Part shown: positions 12,683-26,512 of the stretch, piece by piece
Position numbering within the stretch: position 1 is the stretch's first letter
How the letters are laid out: every line of letters starts with the position of its first letter
Assembly (NCBI GenBank): GCA_951406725.2
Contig: OX597838.1
Span: 41,478,001 to 41,542,000 of the forward strand
Direction of reading: 5' to 3'
Length of the DNA stretch: 64,000 bases
From: Octopus vulgaris
Taxonomy: Eukaryota
Notes under the pieces: generated by a model
What the model saw: the letters and a program-made list of their open reading frames with translations, nothing else
What the model was told of the DNA's origin: nothing
Database searches by the model: none
Position numbers and translations under genes: made by a program

Positions 12683-14129
12683 TCAGTGTGTGCTATCAGT
12701 ATTGAATAATTTACAGGATGAATCCATGCATCATAATTTTCAAATTCTCACAAATAATTGCTGTCATATTCGTTATAAAAAGGCCATTTTCACACTGGCA
12801 TATATATATACATACAAATACACATACATACATATACATGTATATATATATACATATACATATATATATATATATATATATACATATACATACATATATA
12901 TATATATATGTATGTATATATATATATATAGTTGTCACAGACATATACTTTATGACAAAATAAAAATTACCTAATACTGTTACTAGAAATATCTATTTTT
13001 TGTCTAATTTTCTCATGGACGTTGTCATAAAATATGGAAGTTTTTGCCATAAATTGCGGTTGTAAACATTCCGTTTGTTTTAGCATGCACCATAAACTGA
13101 TATTTTATGTATTTCCATGACTCAGTTACATCACCAATCCGTATTCGTTATTATTACACATTATTTACTCCGTCCTCTTCTTTTCGAAATCCCTGCTTCT
13201 ATTTCGATGGTTTGAGCTCAATCAAATAAACTGCCATTCAGTACATTGACACCCCAACCCCATCCCTTACCAAACTTCATGTTTTTCATTCACCCTTGTT
13301 ACCTCTACCCAGTCACTTTTCCTGTTCTTCTACCCCCAGGGCCGACCCTGAAACATTATTACCACCACCTTTATCTCTCCTTCCACCTCCATACTGATTA
13401 CTTCCACCCGTTTTTGTATAATGCGAGCAGTTGTTCTGGCCCTTTCCTTCATACTTTAACCCTTCATAATTCTACCATGAAGCTGCCTCCCCCTCTACTT
13501 GACCATCAGTCAGACAAGGAGGATCTTAGTCTTGCAACTTACACTAGGGCTCCCTTCGTGGAAAAGCACCAAGTGCACCCTGTGAAGTGGTTGGCATTAG
13601 GAAGAGTGCCCAACCCCAAGAATTATGGCAGGGAAGAGAGTGGGGCACAAAGCAGTAGTTTGACATGGGCGGATCCTATCAAACCCTTTGGATCCCAGCA
13701 GAATAGAAGCCAGACACTAAAAGGTTATGATGACAGGGTGGTTTATCTTTTACTTGTTTCAGTTACTTGATTGTGGCCATGCTGGAGCACCATGCTGAAG
13801 AGTTTTTCCTAGTCGAATGAATTGACCCCCACCCCCAGGACTTATTTCTTTTTATGTCAGGAATTTATTTTATTGGTCTCTTTTGCAGAACTGCTAAATT
13901 ACAGGGGTATAAACAACACCAATACCAGTTGTCAAACAGTGACAGGTGACAAGCACAGACACAAAGACACACACACACACACTCACATACACACACACGT
14001 ATGTGCACGCACACGTATGTGCACGCACACACAAATGCACACACATACACACACATTGTTTGGTTTTATGTTCCCTTATTAATCTGTTGGGTTACTCTGT
14101 ACTTTTGTAGAGTACAAATTAATTATTCT

Positions 14130-14628
14130 CATACAAGAATGTTGTTGACAGTAACTTTGAAGTTTTGCCCAGCTAAGTCATTGTTGGACAGCAGTGCATT
14201 AGGGTTAGTTGACACACCCAACTACTAAGGGTTTAAATACTGGACTTTGCACCTTTGATCTTTTATATTTTCAAAACAAAAAGATTTAATCCAATAATAC
14301 TAAAAGCAACAAAAATACCTTCACACCTTTTGCCTACCCAACAAAAGCAGAACACCTTCAGGCTTATTTACAAAGTTCTACATGCATTAATGAATTCCAA
14401 ACAATGACATAACCCCAAATTTAACCAATTAAAAAATTTTCCAAGACACCTTTCCATAACAACCAACCATAAAAACCTAATTACCACACCACTCAACCCC
14501 ACACACCCAAAGAGGATTTTAACTCAACAGAGACGACACAAAGACAAGACTAACTCTAAGGCATCACAGTCCGATGATGACTTAGCTAGTTGAAACCTCA
14601 AAATCACTGTCAACAATATTCTTGCATG
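14130..14628. mobile_element. Penelope-like remnant with ~80-bp diverged inverted terminal repeats
   Basis: 14130-14210 is the diverged reverse complement of 14550-14628; the right arm contains a hammerhead-like motif. Confidence 0.5.
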
Positions 14629-15108
14629 TGCACACACACACACACACATCATCATCATCATCATCATCATCATTATCACCATTCAATGTCCATTTTCCAT
14701 GCTGACCTAGGTTGGATGGTTTGACTGGAGCTGGTAAGTCCAGGGGCCACACCAGGCTCTATTGTCTGTTTGGGCATGTTTTCTATGGCTTGATGCCCTT
14801 CCAAATGCCAACCACTCCACAGAGTGCTCCACTGGGTGCTTTTAACATGACACCAGCACTGATATCAATTCTGCTGCGGTAGGCAGGTTTTCTTAGAGTA
14901 CAGCAAGGCACCAGTTATCTTGGTCCTGAGTCATCTCTTTTGTTACTTCATCCCATGTCTTCCAGGGTCTCTCACTTTCATAAGTTGCATCCACTTTAAG
15001 TGAGCAGTACTCCTGTATGCAACTGCTTACAACCATAGGCATCAGATGCACCAAACCAGCACAACCATCTCTCTTTCACTCTGCATCTTATTTCTCTTAA
15101 GCCCAAAT

Positions 15109-15303
<195 letters not shown>

Positions 15304-15543
15304 AATGGATTTCTTTCAGTTTCTGTCAACCAAATCCACTCCCAAGGCTGCGGATGACCTGAGACCATAGTGGAGGTCACTTACCCAAATTCTCACTGCA
15401 TGAGACTGAACCCAAGATCACGTGGTTGGGAAGCAAACTTCTTACCATACAGCCACGCCTCTATAAATTCACATAAAGCAAACATTAACGTGTGTGTGTG
15501 TGTGTGTGTGTGTGCATGAATATATATATATATATATATATAT

Positions 15544-15608
<65 letters not shown>

Positions 15609-15649
15609 TACATATAAATATACATATATGCATATATACATATATATAT

Positions 15650-15703
<54 letters not shown>

Positions 15704-16929
15704 GTTTATATGTATATGAAGATATAATATTGTCACACCCATATAATTCTAAACAAGTCCCAAATTAACTTATATGGTTACTAATATAAAATATTGTCTA
15801 ATTTATATTCATTTTCTCATGGACTGGGTTAAAAAATAGAAACACAACCATAATTTAGTGAAGTGAAACAAACACACCATTGTGGATATGAGTTTGTTTT
15901 GTTTGAACTTATAGAATTTTAATGTAATTTATGCATAGGTCCCAGCACCCCACCTTCTCTCTTTGCCGTACCTCTGCACTCTATTTCTTTGTGCACAGAT
16001 TCTATTGAATTGGGTCTCGTTACTGACTTTAATCAAACAGTCAGTCACCACCACCACCACCACCACCAATTTTACTGCCCAGCCCCATTTCCAAACTAAA
16101 TGACCCTTGATTCATTTCATCTTCATTAGCTTATGTCAATTATTAGATTAAACATTGAAAAATATAAACTTTTATGCTTGGAAAACAAAATTACTCAGAA
16201 GACCTACAAAAACTCTGTCCTTCACACCATGCACAAAAGCTAAGGTAAACCGACCCCTTTCGGCCTCACTAAGGACTGCCCATAACAACTCTCTTGTTTA
16301 TACCATGCATGATAGATACAAAAAAAAAATAAGCTCCCTACCACCTACCCAAAAGGGAAAGAGGATGGACTTTTTAATTAACTGATCAAAGAAGAGAGGA
16401 CTGAGTCCAAGACATCAGCAAGATCCTTGAAGACGTTGATGTGGTTGATTCACACTTTGGTCGTCTGTAGACAGCATCACAGGAAGGGAATTCTTCCAAG
16501 TTGTGATCTGAAAAGACAAGATTGGATAAAGTGTTTAGGGATACAATAGGAAAGATAAGAAAGAAGGGGTAAGGGGGTTGCTTCCCAACCGCAAGATTCT
16601 GTGTGGCACCTTGGGCAAGCGTCTTGTACTACCATAGCCCCAGGCTGACCAAAGCCTTGTCAATGGATTTGGTGGATGGAAACTGAAAGAAGCCCATCCT
16701 ATATGTATATATATATCATGTGATCATGTGACTGACCAGACCATCAGATGTTGCTACACATCGCTGGTCACAATGCATTCGAATGATGCCACCTTGCTGG
16801 CTAAGCGAGCAGGCCAATGTATATATATATATATATATATATACATAGATGTTTATAATAGGTGTATGTATGCATGTATGCCTAGGAGGATGCTGCCATG
16901 CCATTTATTGTTGGCATTACCAAGCTGAC

Positions 16930-17450
16930 AAAATAATCAGAGAAGGAATATGCTCTGAAATCAGAACCAGCCAGAGAAAGTTCAGAGAGCCATTGCCACT
17001 GTTGCCAACGAAAGGTTTCTCTGTTGGAGGGAAAGGCAGATTGTGTGATGTTTGTGTACAAAATGTACTGATAAATGGTGTTGAAATGTGGGCCATGAAT
17101 GCAGAGGCCATGTGGGGGCTTGAAAGAAATGAAGCTAGCATGCTGTGCTGGATGTGCAACAGAGATGTGCATTTATGACAAAGAGCAAAGGTGTTGAGAG
17201 ACGAAAACTAGGCAAAAGGGGCATTAGATGCAAGAGGGGAAACTGTGTTGGTAAGAGCAGGGGATGGGTTTGGATGAGGACAGCTGTATAAAGAAGCACC
17301 AATTATTAAAGTCTAGATGGAACCCGTAGAAAAGGGAGATCCAAGAAGACATGGGATGAAATAGTGAAGAATGACCTCTGCATGTTGAGTTTTGCAAAGG
17401 AGATGACAAAGGATCAAGATGGCAGTTTACTTTGCTGAGAAGACCCACAC
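16930..17450 (+). mobile_element. Decayed RTE-clade LINE 3' fragment
   Basis: KFREPLPLLPTKGFSVGGKGRLCDVCVQNVLINGVEMWAM...LERNEASMLCWMC, typical of the RTE post-RT region. Confidence 0.8.
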
Positions 17451-18543
17451 ATTCCCTAAAAGTATACTGTTTATATTTGTGCCCCTTGCAACCAATCTAT
17501 CCCTTACCTGTTTCTTCCTAACGTCCATCCTTCCATCACTCTTCTGACTTTGGTACTATTTATTCAACTGCCGTAATTATATGAAAACAGAACTGAACCG
17601 ATTTCAACCCCACCTTTTTTTCTTTATACTCCCTCGAACCATTTATTTTCTCTCTCACCATGTCAGTACCATCCTGTACTGCTTTATTTTCCACTGAACA
17701 CCCCTTTCACTGCCACTTGTCCCCTCAACATTCTTTCATTATGCCAATGGCAAACCCCATTACTTGGGTTTCTCTCCCACTGTTTCCATCCCTATGTTCT
17801 TCTGACCTCATCCCTGGCAAGCACATGCCTTGCATACTGCCAACACTATACATGATTTGTGATGCCTTCACCTATTGCCTTCACCTTCATCTCTCCAAAA
17901 CTGACACTCACCACTGACCACGCTTCCACTCATATTCACCGTCTTTTGCAGTCTCCGTCCACATCCTCATGAACTTACCCGGCCATTCATCCTGTCCATT
18001 CCTCAGCACCATTTCTCTTATGTCCAGCTTCTTGTAAATATGAGGAGAAGCTCTGACACCTCTTCACCACCATCTTCTTCCTTTTTCCAACTAGGTGGGG
18101 GTGGGGCATGTATCTCCCCCACAACAAGACCCCTATTCTTGTCCCTCTATCATACTCTAACTTCTCGTCTCCTGGCATAAATCCACCTCCCTCAATACCA
18201 CTCCCCCACCTTAGCTGAGGGCCTTGCTTTACTAGCGCTGGTGTCACAAAAAAAAGAAACCACCCAGAATACTTTGTAAAATAGTTGGCACTCGGAAGGA
18301 CATCCAGCTGTGGAAACTATAGGAAAGGGGACACTGGAGCTTGGATGGGTCATTGACTTTATTCCATTGTCACCATTTAACACCCTCACCTGGTACCCTG
18401 GCACTCAGGCCGCCTTTAACAGAGCCCACTTTCTAACAGGCGTTTGGGTCAGACCCCAGGTTTGAAAATGCCTTATTCTGGACTCTAGTCCCAGACATTC
18501 TGTAAAGAGAATGGGGACTGCTTTTCCCACTGACTAAAAGATT

Positions 18544-18593
<50 letters not shown>

Positions 18594-18710
18594 TCAGCAG
18601 AAGCCACTTATTGTGATTAATGATGCAATAACTGGTTGAAAACATTATCTTTGATTGTAACATTATAAGGCTTCTACAAGTTTTCTCTTACTTACATATG
18701 CATGTGTATG

Positions 18711-18760
<50 letters not shown>

Positions 18761-18867
18761 GGAGTAAACACATAAATGTGAAACAAGGTGGAAAAAAGAG
18801 TACTCAAATACCAGTGGTAGAGTAATATGCTTTAAATAAAGTATATATAAAGATAGATAGATATATA

Positions 18868-19092
18868 TACGTAGAGGTACTGAAATGTTCCTGGCTTTAA
18901 GGGTATCCCAAAAGATCTGGCTGGAGGCCCAAACTTCCAAGTTCTTTTAAGGGCTTAGAAAAGTTGAAAGACCCTTGCAATAAATGTGTGAAACTAAGAG
19001 GGGGACTATATTGAATAAACTCACAATTAACTGATCCCCCTGTATTTTATTTTACTCAAAGTCAGGAACTTTTTCAGCACCCCACCCCTTAT
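18868..19092 (+). mobile_element. Non-autonomous mariner derivative (second copy 51579-51803 in METTL16 intron 6)
   Basis: Imperfect TIRs (GTACTGAAATGTTCCTGGCTTT / AAAGTCAGGAACTTTTTCAGCAC); the 51.6-kb copy retains a mariner C-terminus GLEKLKDCCNKCVNLRGEYVE*. Confidence 0.75.
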
Positions 19093-19989
19093 ATATACGA
19101 TACGCATGTAAATAATGGATGGTAAATAATACAAAGTTTCAAATACTTTTACACAACTAAACGCTTTTCCTCGTGTTTTCGTTTGTCTTTTTTCCTCATT
19201 TAAGCATAAAAATGTAAATTTGTTATATTTTCCTTTACACCTTTCAGCTATTTTTTTTCTTTGTCCAAAATTCCCAGAGTATGAATTGGATTTTCCCTTC
19301 AATTATTAATTATAATAAACATTAATAAATAATACAATCCGAGGTAAGCTCATGAATGAAAACAATTTTTTATTATTGAAAAGGCAGCATTTTTTTTTGG
19401 TGTAGTCTTTTTGTTGTTTATTTTCAATTAGGTAAAAAAACCGACTGAAGTAGTTGTATTAGTAATGTGTAAAATTTTAGTCTCGCCCAATGCCAAACAT
19501 ACCAGACAGGTCAGGTAAGTGTGTGCGAAAGAGAGAGAGAGAGAGAGAACAAGAGAAAGAGAGCGAGAGTGAGAGAGTACTTAATATAATACGTAAGAGT
19601 ATTTATATTCATTAAAAACATATGACGTAATTTCTATAGAAAAGATTTCGATCAAAGCTTTTCTCTTCTCCATATCACAACCAACAATTTCTGTACAACA
19701 GAGGTGGGCTTGTTCTGATCAATCTCACCTGGGACATGTTATATATTTATGAAACACATAACGTACCTGCCCCCCCCATCTCCCTAATAAAAGACAGAGT
19801 TTCAGATGAGGAATACCTCATCATAAAGAAAGGTAAAAACAGCAGAGTTTTTTTTTTTTTTTTTTTGCTTTGCTTTGTATTCTTCGTTTTCTTTCTGCTT
19901 CATTTTTATATAAAAGAAATTACAATTCTGGAAATTTTTTCTCTTTTTCATTTCTTTTAACAACCACCCCCACCCCCACCCTTCTCCAG

Positions 19990-20220
19990 TTTCTTTATTA
20001 CCTGCAAGGGGCTAAACATAGAGGGGACAAACATGGACAGACAAACGGATTAAGTCGATTACATCGACCCCAGTGCATAACTGGTACTTAATTTATCGAC
20101 CCCGAAAAGATGAAAGGCAAAGTCGACCTCGGCGGAATTTGAACTCACAACGTCACAGCAGCCGAAATACCGCTAAGCATTTCGCCCGACGTACTAACGT
20201 TTCTGCCAGCTCACCGCCTT
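19990..20220 (-). mobile_element. Full-length SINE family C
   Basis: Reverse complement of the family C consensus, from AAGGCGGTGAGCTGGCAGAAACG to TAATAAAGAAA. Confidence 0.85.
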
Positions 20221-20595
20221 TCCATACCTCCAGTTCCATACCTTTTGTCTGTTTACATGAGATCTGGAATTCCTCATCGGAAACTCCGTCAAAAGATAAA
20301 TGCCATAACCTTACCTTGTGCCTTCCATTGCATCATTCTACAAGGACCAACAAAAATGTTTCTCTTCAGATTATTTAAATGGTTTATTTATTTTCTGATT
20401 TGTTCATTTTAACTGGTGCCACACATTTCAGATTCTCCGGCCCATTCCCCCTCTTACTTTAGCTCCCCAGTAAAATGAAATGGCATTTTTCAAATGACCC
20501 CTGGATCATTCAGAATAACATTCCACTCCTCAAAGCATTTATTTATTTTTTTTATTGCATTTTATCCCTGCTCCTACAATTAGCAGCAGCAGCAA

Positions 20596-20648
<53 letters not shown>

Positions 20649-22041
20649 ATGGTGGTGGTGGTCATGGTTGTAGTGGTTATGTAGGTAATGGGCATGATAG
20701 TAGTAGAGGTAGTAATAGAATCAAAAGAAATGCCGCTAAGCATTCTGTCCAATATGCCAACGACTCTACCCCCCCACCCACTGCCTATGGACATAAGGTC
20801 AGCAAGTTCGCAGGGGGGTGGGGTGATAAGTCAATTGCATCCACCCCAGGACATCACTGGTACTTATTTTCTCAACCCCACTCCACCCCAAAGTATGAAA
20901 GGCAAAGTCAACCTCGGCTGAATCTTAACTCAGAACGTAAAGATGGAATGAAGTGCCGCTCAGCTCCCCATCCAGCATGCAAACAATTGCTGCAGACGGA
21001 CTCTCCCAGCGAAGACAACGGTCAAGGGTCCAGCTCTTGCCAAACGACCAACACAAATAAAATGTTTACAAGGATCAAATGCTTATGCCACGCATTAGCT
21101 CACTCTCTCCATCAAATCAAAATTTACCTGAACACATGCACAGGTGTGCCATACATCAGGTGTCGAAATGGTCACAGAGCAACATGCGATGAAGTGTTTT
21201 GCTCAAGAACATAATGCACCACCCGGCCTAAGAATTGAAACCATGATCTCAAGATCATGATTGCAACATCTTAACCACCAGGCCATGCGTCCTCACATTA
21301 TTATCAATATTGATAACAATGATAATAATAATAATAATAATCGTTTCTAACATAGCCAAAAGCTTAGAACTTTGTGTGGAGGGTTTAAACGATAATATCA
21401 ACCCCATTATTTGATAGGTATTGTATTTTAGCAATCCTGGAGAGAGGAAAAACAAAGCTGACCTTAGTGGGGTTTGAACTCAGAACGTAAAGTGTGAGAA
21501 CCAACACCACAAGGCATTATGACACTGGTTTAAGGATTCTACTCCAAGTCATCAATAAATTTTTTTCCATTTAGTTAACATCTGTTTTCTCACACCGGTA
21601 TGGGTTAGAGTGATATCATACAGAGGTATTGCTTTCACAAAGGGCTGGTGTAGCTGTGTGGTTAAGAAGCTTGCTTCCCAACCATGTGATCACAGGTTCA
21701 GTTCTATGACATGGCACCTTGGGCAAATGTCTTCTAATATAGCCCTGGGGCTGACCAAACCTTTGTGAGTGGATTTCGCACATGGAAACTGAAAGAAGCC
21801 CAACATGTGTGTGTGTGTGTGTGTGCTATGGTCTCAACATCTATTATACACTGATTGTAGGCAGGCATCACTGTCACACAAGTGGAGTGGTTTGTTTGCA
21901 GTCTTCCATGGAACGACATGCCCAATCAGAGGGAAATATTACCTTGCTTGGAGGTAGGTGAGGGTTGGCAACAGGAAGAGCATCCAGCCAGACAGAATAT
22001 GCCTCAACAAATTCTGTCTGACCCATGCAGGCACGGAAAAG

Positions 22042-22079
<38 letters not shown>

Positions 22080-22409
22080 CTCTTCCAGTTACCAAACTTG
22101 TTTTCCAATTAATTTAATTTTTATTTTACACACACGCACACCTGTGCACACATATATAGGCACAGGTGTGGCTGTGTTGTGTGAAGCTTGCTTCTCAACT
22201 ACATGGTTCAGGTTTCAGTCCCACTGTGTAGCACCTTGGGCAACTGTCTTGTACTGTAGCCCCAGGCAGACCAAAGCCTTGTGAGTGGATTTGGTTGATG
22301 GAAACTGAAAAAAAAGCCAGTGTATACACACATACATACATACATACATCCATCCATCCATCCATACATCTATCCATCCATCCATCCATACATACATACA
22401 TACTTATAT

Positions 22410-22441
<32 letters not shown>

Positions 22442-22794
22442 TGATTAACGTCCATTTTCCATGCTGGCATGGGTTGGACGGTTTGGCTGATGTCTGGAGA
22501 GCCAGCAGCTGCACCAGGCTCCAATCTGATCTGCCAAGGTTTCTACAGCTGGATGCCCTTCCTAATGCCAACCACTCCGAGACCGTAGTGGGTGCTTTTT
22601 ATGTGACACACAAGTGTCACTCAGGTGGACCTGGCATCAACCATGTTCGGATGGTGCTTTTTATGTGCCACCAGCACATGAGCCAGTCAGGGGGCACCAG
22701 CCCCAGCTACGATATTGATTTTACTTGACTCAATGGGTCTTCTCAAGCATATCATATCACATCAGGGGTATTCTTAACAGGGCTGGACATGTGT

Positions 22795-25330
22795 GGCTGC
22801 GATCTCACCTTAGATGCTGGGTCTTCTCAATCACAACATATCTCCAAAGGTCCCGGTCTCCTGTCATTGCCTCTGTGAGGCCCAATGTTCGAAGGTCATG
22901 CTTCACCATCTCATCCCATGTCATCCTGGGTCTACCTCTTTCACAGGTTCTTTCCACAGTTAGGGAGTGGAACTTCCTCATACAGCTTTCTTCATCCATA
23001 CGTAACACATGACCATACCAACGTAGTCATCTCTCTTGCACACCACATTTGACGCTTCTTATGCCCTACTTTTCTCTCAGGGCCCTTAGACTATGTCGTG
23101 TATGCACACTGATATTACACACCCAGTGGGTCACACCAGCTGCATTTCTTTCATGTCCTCAGCCCACAGCCCACATTTCACTGCCGTGTAGCATGGCAGT
23201 TCGCACAAATGCATCATACAGCCTACCTTTCACCCTGAGCGAGAGACCTTTAGTTGCCAGCAGAGGTAGGAGCTCCCTAAAATTTGCCCAGGCTTCTCTT
23301 ACTCTAGTCACTTCACTCTCAGAGCAACCACCCCCACTACAGACTTGGTCGCTTAGGTAGCAGAAGCTATTAACTACTTCTAGTTTCTTCCCCTGGCATG
23401 TGATGGAATCTGTCTTCTGTACATCTCCAGTGTTTATTGCCCCAGTACATCTGCCACACAGAAAAACTATTTTCCTGGTTAACCTTTCTTTGATATTGCT
23501 GCACGTTTTATGAGTCCATAGCTTACACTGGGTACATCATATGGAGTTTCTACCCTTGCCTTTTCTATAGATCAAGCAGGGTCATCTACCTGAAAGGGGG
23601 TTGTGATTTGACAGCCTTCCTACTTATTAAGACTTTGGTTTTGGCTAGGTTAGCCCTAAAGCCCTTTGATTCTAGACCTTGCTTCCACACCTGAAACTTT
23701 GTCTCCAGTTCTGGCAGTGACTCGGCTATTACAGCAAGGTCATCAACATAGAGGAGCTCCCAAAGGCTGCCTATCTTAAATTCCTCTGTTATTGCCTGGA
23801 GGACTATAATGAATAAGAGGGGGCTGAGGACTGATCCTTGGTGAACCCCTACTTCTACTCAGAATTCTTCACTATACTCATTGCCAACCCTCACCTTACT
23901 GACAGCGTCCCTGTACAGGGCTTGTACAGCTCTTACCAGCCACTCGCCTATCTCCAGTTTCTGCATTGCCCACCAGATAAGGGATCGGTGGTCCTGCCAA
24001 AGGCTTTCTCCAAGTCAACAAAAGCCAAGTACAAAAGTTTATCTTTGGCTTGGTGTTTCTCTTGTTGCTGTCTTACCAGAAATATAGCATCAGTGGTGCT
24101 TCTGCCTGGCACAAAACCAAACTGCATCTCATCTAGGCTAACTGTCTCCCTAATTAGTTGGGCTATGACCCTCTCTGTAACTTTCATCACCTAATCCAAT
24201 AATTTTATACCCCTGTAGTTATTTCTATCTAAAGCACCACCTTTCCCCTTGTAGCAGTTGACTATGGTGCATTTTGGGAGGAAAACCCCAGCGTCTACTT
24301 ACTCCCTCCACAACACTAATCTCAAAAAGTCTTCTTGTGAACGTGACCTATGTGTTATTGTCGACAGCAATTTGTGTTGGACAAAACACATCGCTAAAAT
24401 TGCCAAGAAGGCTGAGGGTGTCTTGGCATCACTCACCAAGTTCTTTGTGAGCTGCTCTCTGGCTATCCATCTGTGGCTTTATACAGCTATGGTACGACCT
24501 CACCTGGAATTTGCATTACCAGTCTGGAACCCCTATCTTGCCCAGGATATCAATCGTCTGGAAGCCGTTCAGCGACGTGCAGCCAAGAGAATACCCTCCA
24601 TCAGGCATTTGCCACTTCTGAACGCCTTACTTCCCTGGGCATGGATACATTGAAACTCTGACATCTGGCAGCTGACTTGGCAGACACCCATAAAATTATT
24701 AACCATCTTACAAACAATAACTCTGAGCACCTTTTCAAACTCCACCCGTCTAACACCCGTGGGCATATTTACAAAGTCAGAAAACAGCAGAGCTCCCATG
24801 ACTTTCGGAAACATTTTTTCACGCTAAGAGTTGCTGAAGCATGGAACAAACTGCCAGCATCAGTTGTTAGTTGTCGGAGCACTGCATCCTTCAAAACTTC
24901 CATGCTTCCTGAGATTCGCCAACACTACACCTGATTTTCTCCCCTCCATACACTTGCAAGCATACATTGTTCACGTTCCAGACATTTGTACATTACTGCA
25001 TATGTTTATACGCACTTTTGACAAGCTGTGGTGCACCTTATTATTATTATTATTATTATTATTATCATTATTTACACCAGTCATTGGGTATGATTCCTTC
25101 GTGAACTACCTGATTTACGATGCGGGTGACAAGACCGTAACCCACACTGCCCAATATTTTAAGCATCCCAGCATAGATTCCTGATGGTGCTATCCCTGTC
25201 TTCATATCCTTAATTGCTTTATCTACCTGGGTACTGTCGATTCAGATAGCTGGTCCCTCAATGGAGTCAATCTTTGGGAAACTCTCCTCCTCCCATTCAT
25301 TCTCCACATTTGGCAGTCTTTCATAATGGC
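22795..25330 (-). mobile_element. Decayed RTE-clade LINE (RT region to 3' end), split by a CR1-type insertion
   Basis: MKVTERVIAQLIRETVSLDEMQFGFVPGRSTTDAIFLVRQQQEK...LAFVDLEKAF; LLYVDDL; RGRPRMTWDEMVKHDLRTLGL. Colinear with the copy at 56865-59640. Confidence 0.9.
24266..25072 (+). mobile_element. 5'-truncated CR1/L2-group LINE with (TTA)n tail
   Basis: VHFGRK...ERDLCVIVDSNL...LYTAMVRPHLEFALPVWNPYLAQDINRLEAVQRRA...TRGHIYKV...RKHFFTLRVAEAWNKLP. Confidence 0.9.
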
Positions 25331-25338
25331 TATATATA

Positions 25339-25376
<38 letters not shown>

Positions 25377-25625
25377 TAGATAGATAGATAGATAGATAGC
25401 CAACAACTGATGAAGGGTCGTTCTTTATGTTGTTTGTCTTGTTTTCCATTTGTGTCCCTTCGTTGTTCGAAAAAATAGTTCATATTCCATGTATTCGTAC
25501 TTAATATTTTTTGTTGTACACGTTTCGTGACGTCCTGTGCCCACATATGCATATATATATATATATATATTATTTATGTTATATATATATACATATATAT
25601 ATAAGTGTGTGTGTATATATATATA

Positions 25626-26035
25626 GGTGCAGGAGTGGCTGTGTGGTAAGTAGCTTGCTTACCAACCACATGATTCTGGGTTCAGTCCCACTGCATGGCA
25701 CTTTGGGCAAGTGTCTTCTACTATAGCCTCAGGCCAGCCAAAGCCTTGTGAGTGGACTTGGTAGATGGAAACTAAGAGAAGCCTGTCTTATGTATATATA
25801 TATATGTGTGTGTGTGTATATGTTTGTGTCTGTGTATGTTTGTCTCCCCCCCCCCCATCACTTGATAACCGATGTTGGTGTGTTTACGTCTCCATAACTT
25901 AGTGGTTTGGCAAAAGAGACTGGTGGAATAAGTACCAGGCATTAAAAATTAGTTCCAGTGTCTATTCTCCAAAAATTCTTCTAGGTGGTGCTCCAGCATG
26001 GCCACAGTCTAATGATTAAAACAAGTAAAAGATAA
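25626..26035 (+). mobile_element. SINE family A (older copy)
   Basis: Same head, body and tail as 9921-10313, more diverged. Confidence 0.85.
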
Positions 26036-26144
26036 AAAAAGGATAACAGATATATACACACACACACACATGTAGATGTGAGTGGGGGGGGGGTCCTTGT
26101 CTTGAGACCCTGTAATTGTTGCAAACAAGTGCCATGCCTTTTCG

Positions 26145-26512
26145 TTAGTATGCCGGGCGAAATGCTTAGTGGTATTTCGTCTGCCACTACGTTCTGAGTT
26201 CAAATTCCACCCAGGTCGACTTTGCCTTTCATCCTTTCAGGGTCGATAAATTAAGTACCAGTTACGCACTGGGGTCAATATAATCGACTTAATCTGTTTG
26301 TCCTCTCTGTGTTTAGCCCCTTGTGGGTAGTAAAGAAATACTGCCACTACGTTCTCAGTTCAAATTCCACCGAGGTCGACTTTGCCTTTCATCCTTTCAG
26401 TGTCGATAAATTAAGTACTAATTATGCACTGGGGTTGATATAATCGACTTAATCCCTTTGTCTGTCTTTGTTTGTCCCCTCTATGTTTAGCCCCTTCTGG
26501 GCAATAAAGAAA
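26145..26512 (+). mobile_element. SINE family C with tandem duplication of its 3' ~165 bp
   Basis: CTGCCACTACGTTCT..GTTCAAATTCC...TAAAGAAAT occurs at 26182-26340 and 26341-26512. Confidence 0.85.

Noticed and set aside
20555-21214. 219-aa Ser-rich ORF
   Set aside because: Made of an (AGT)n microsatellite and SINE fragments.
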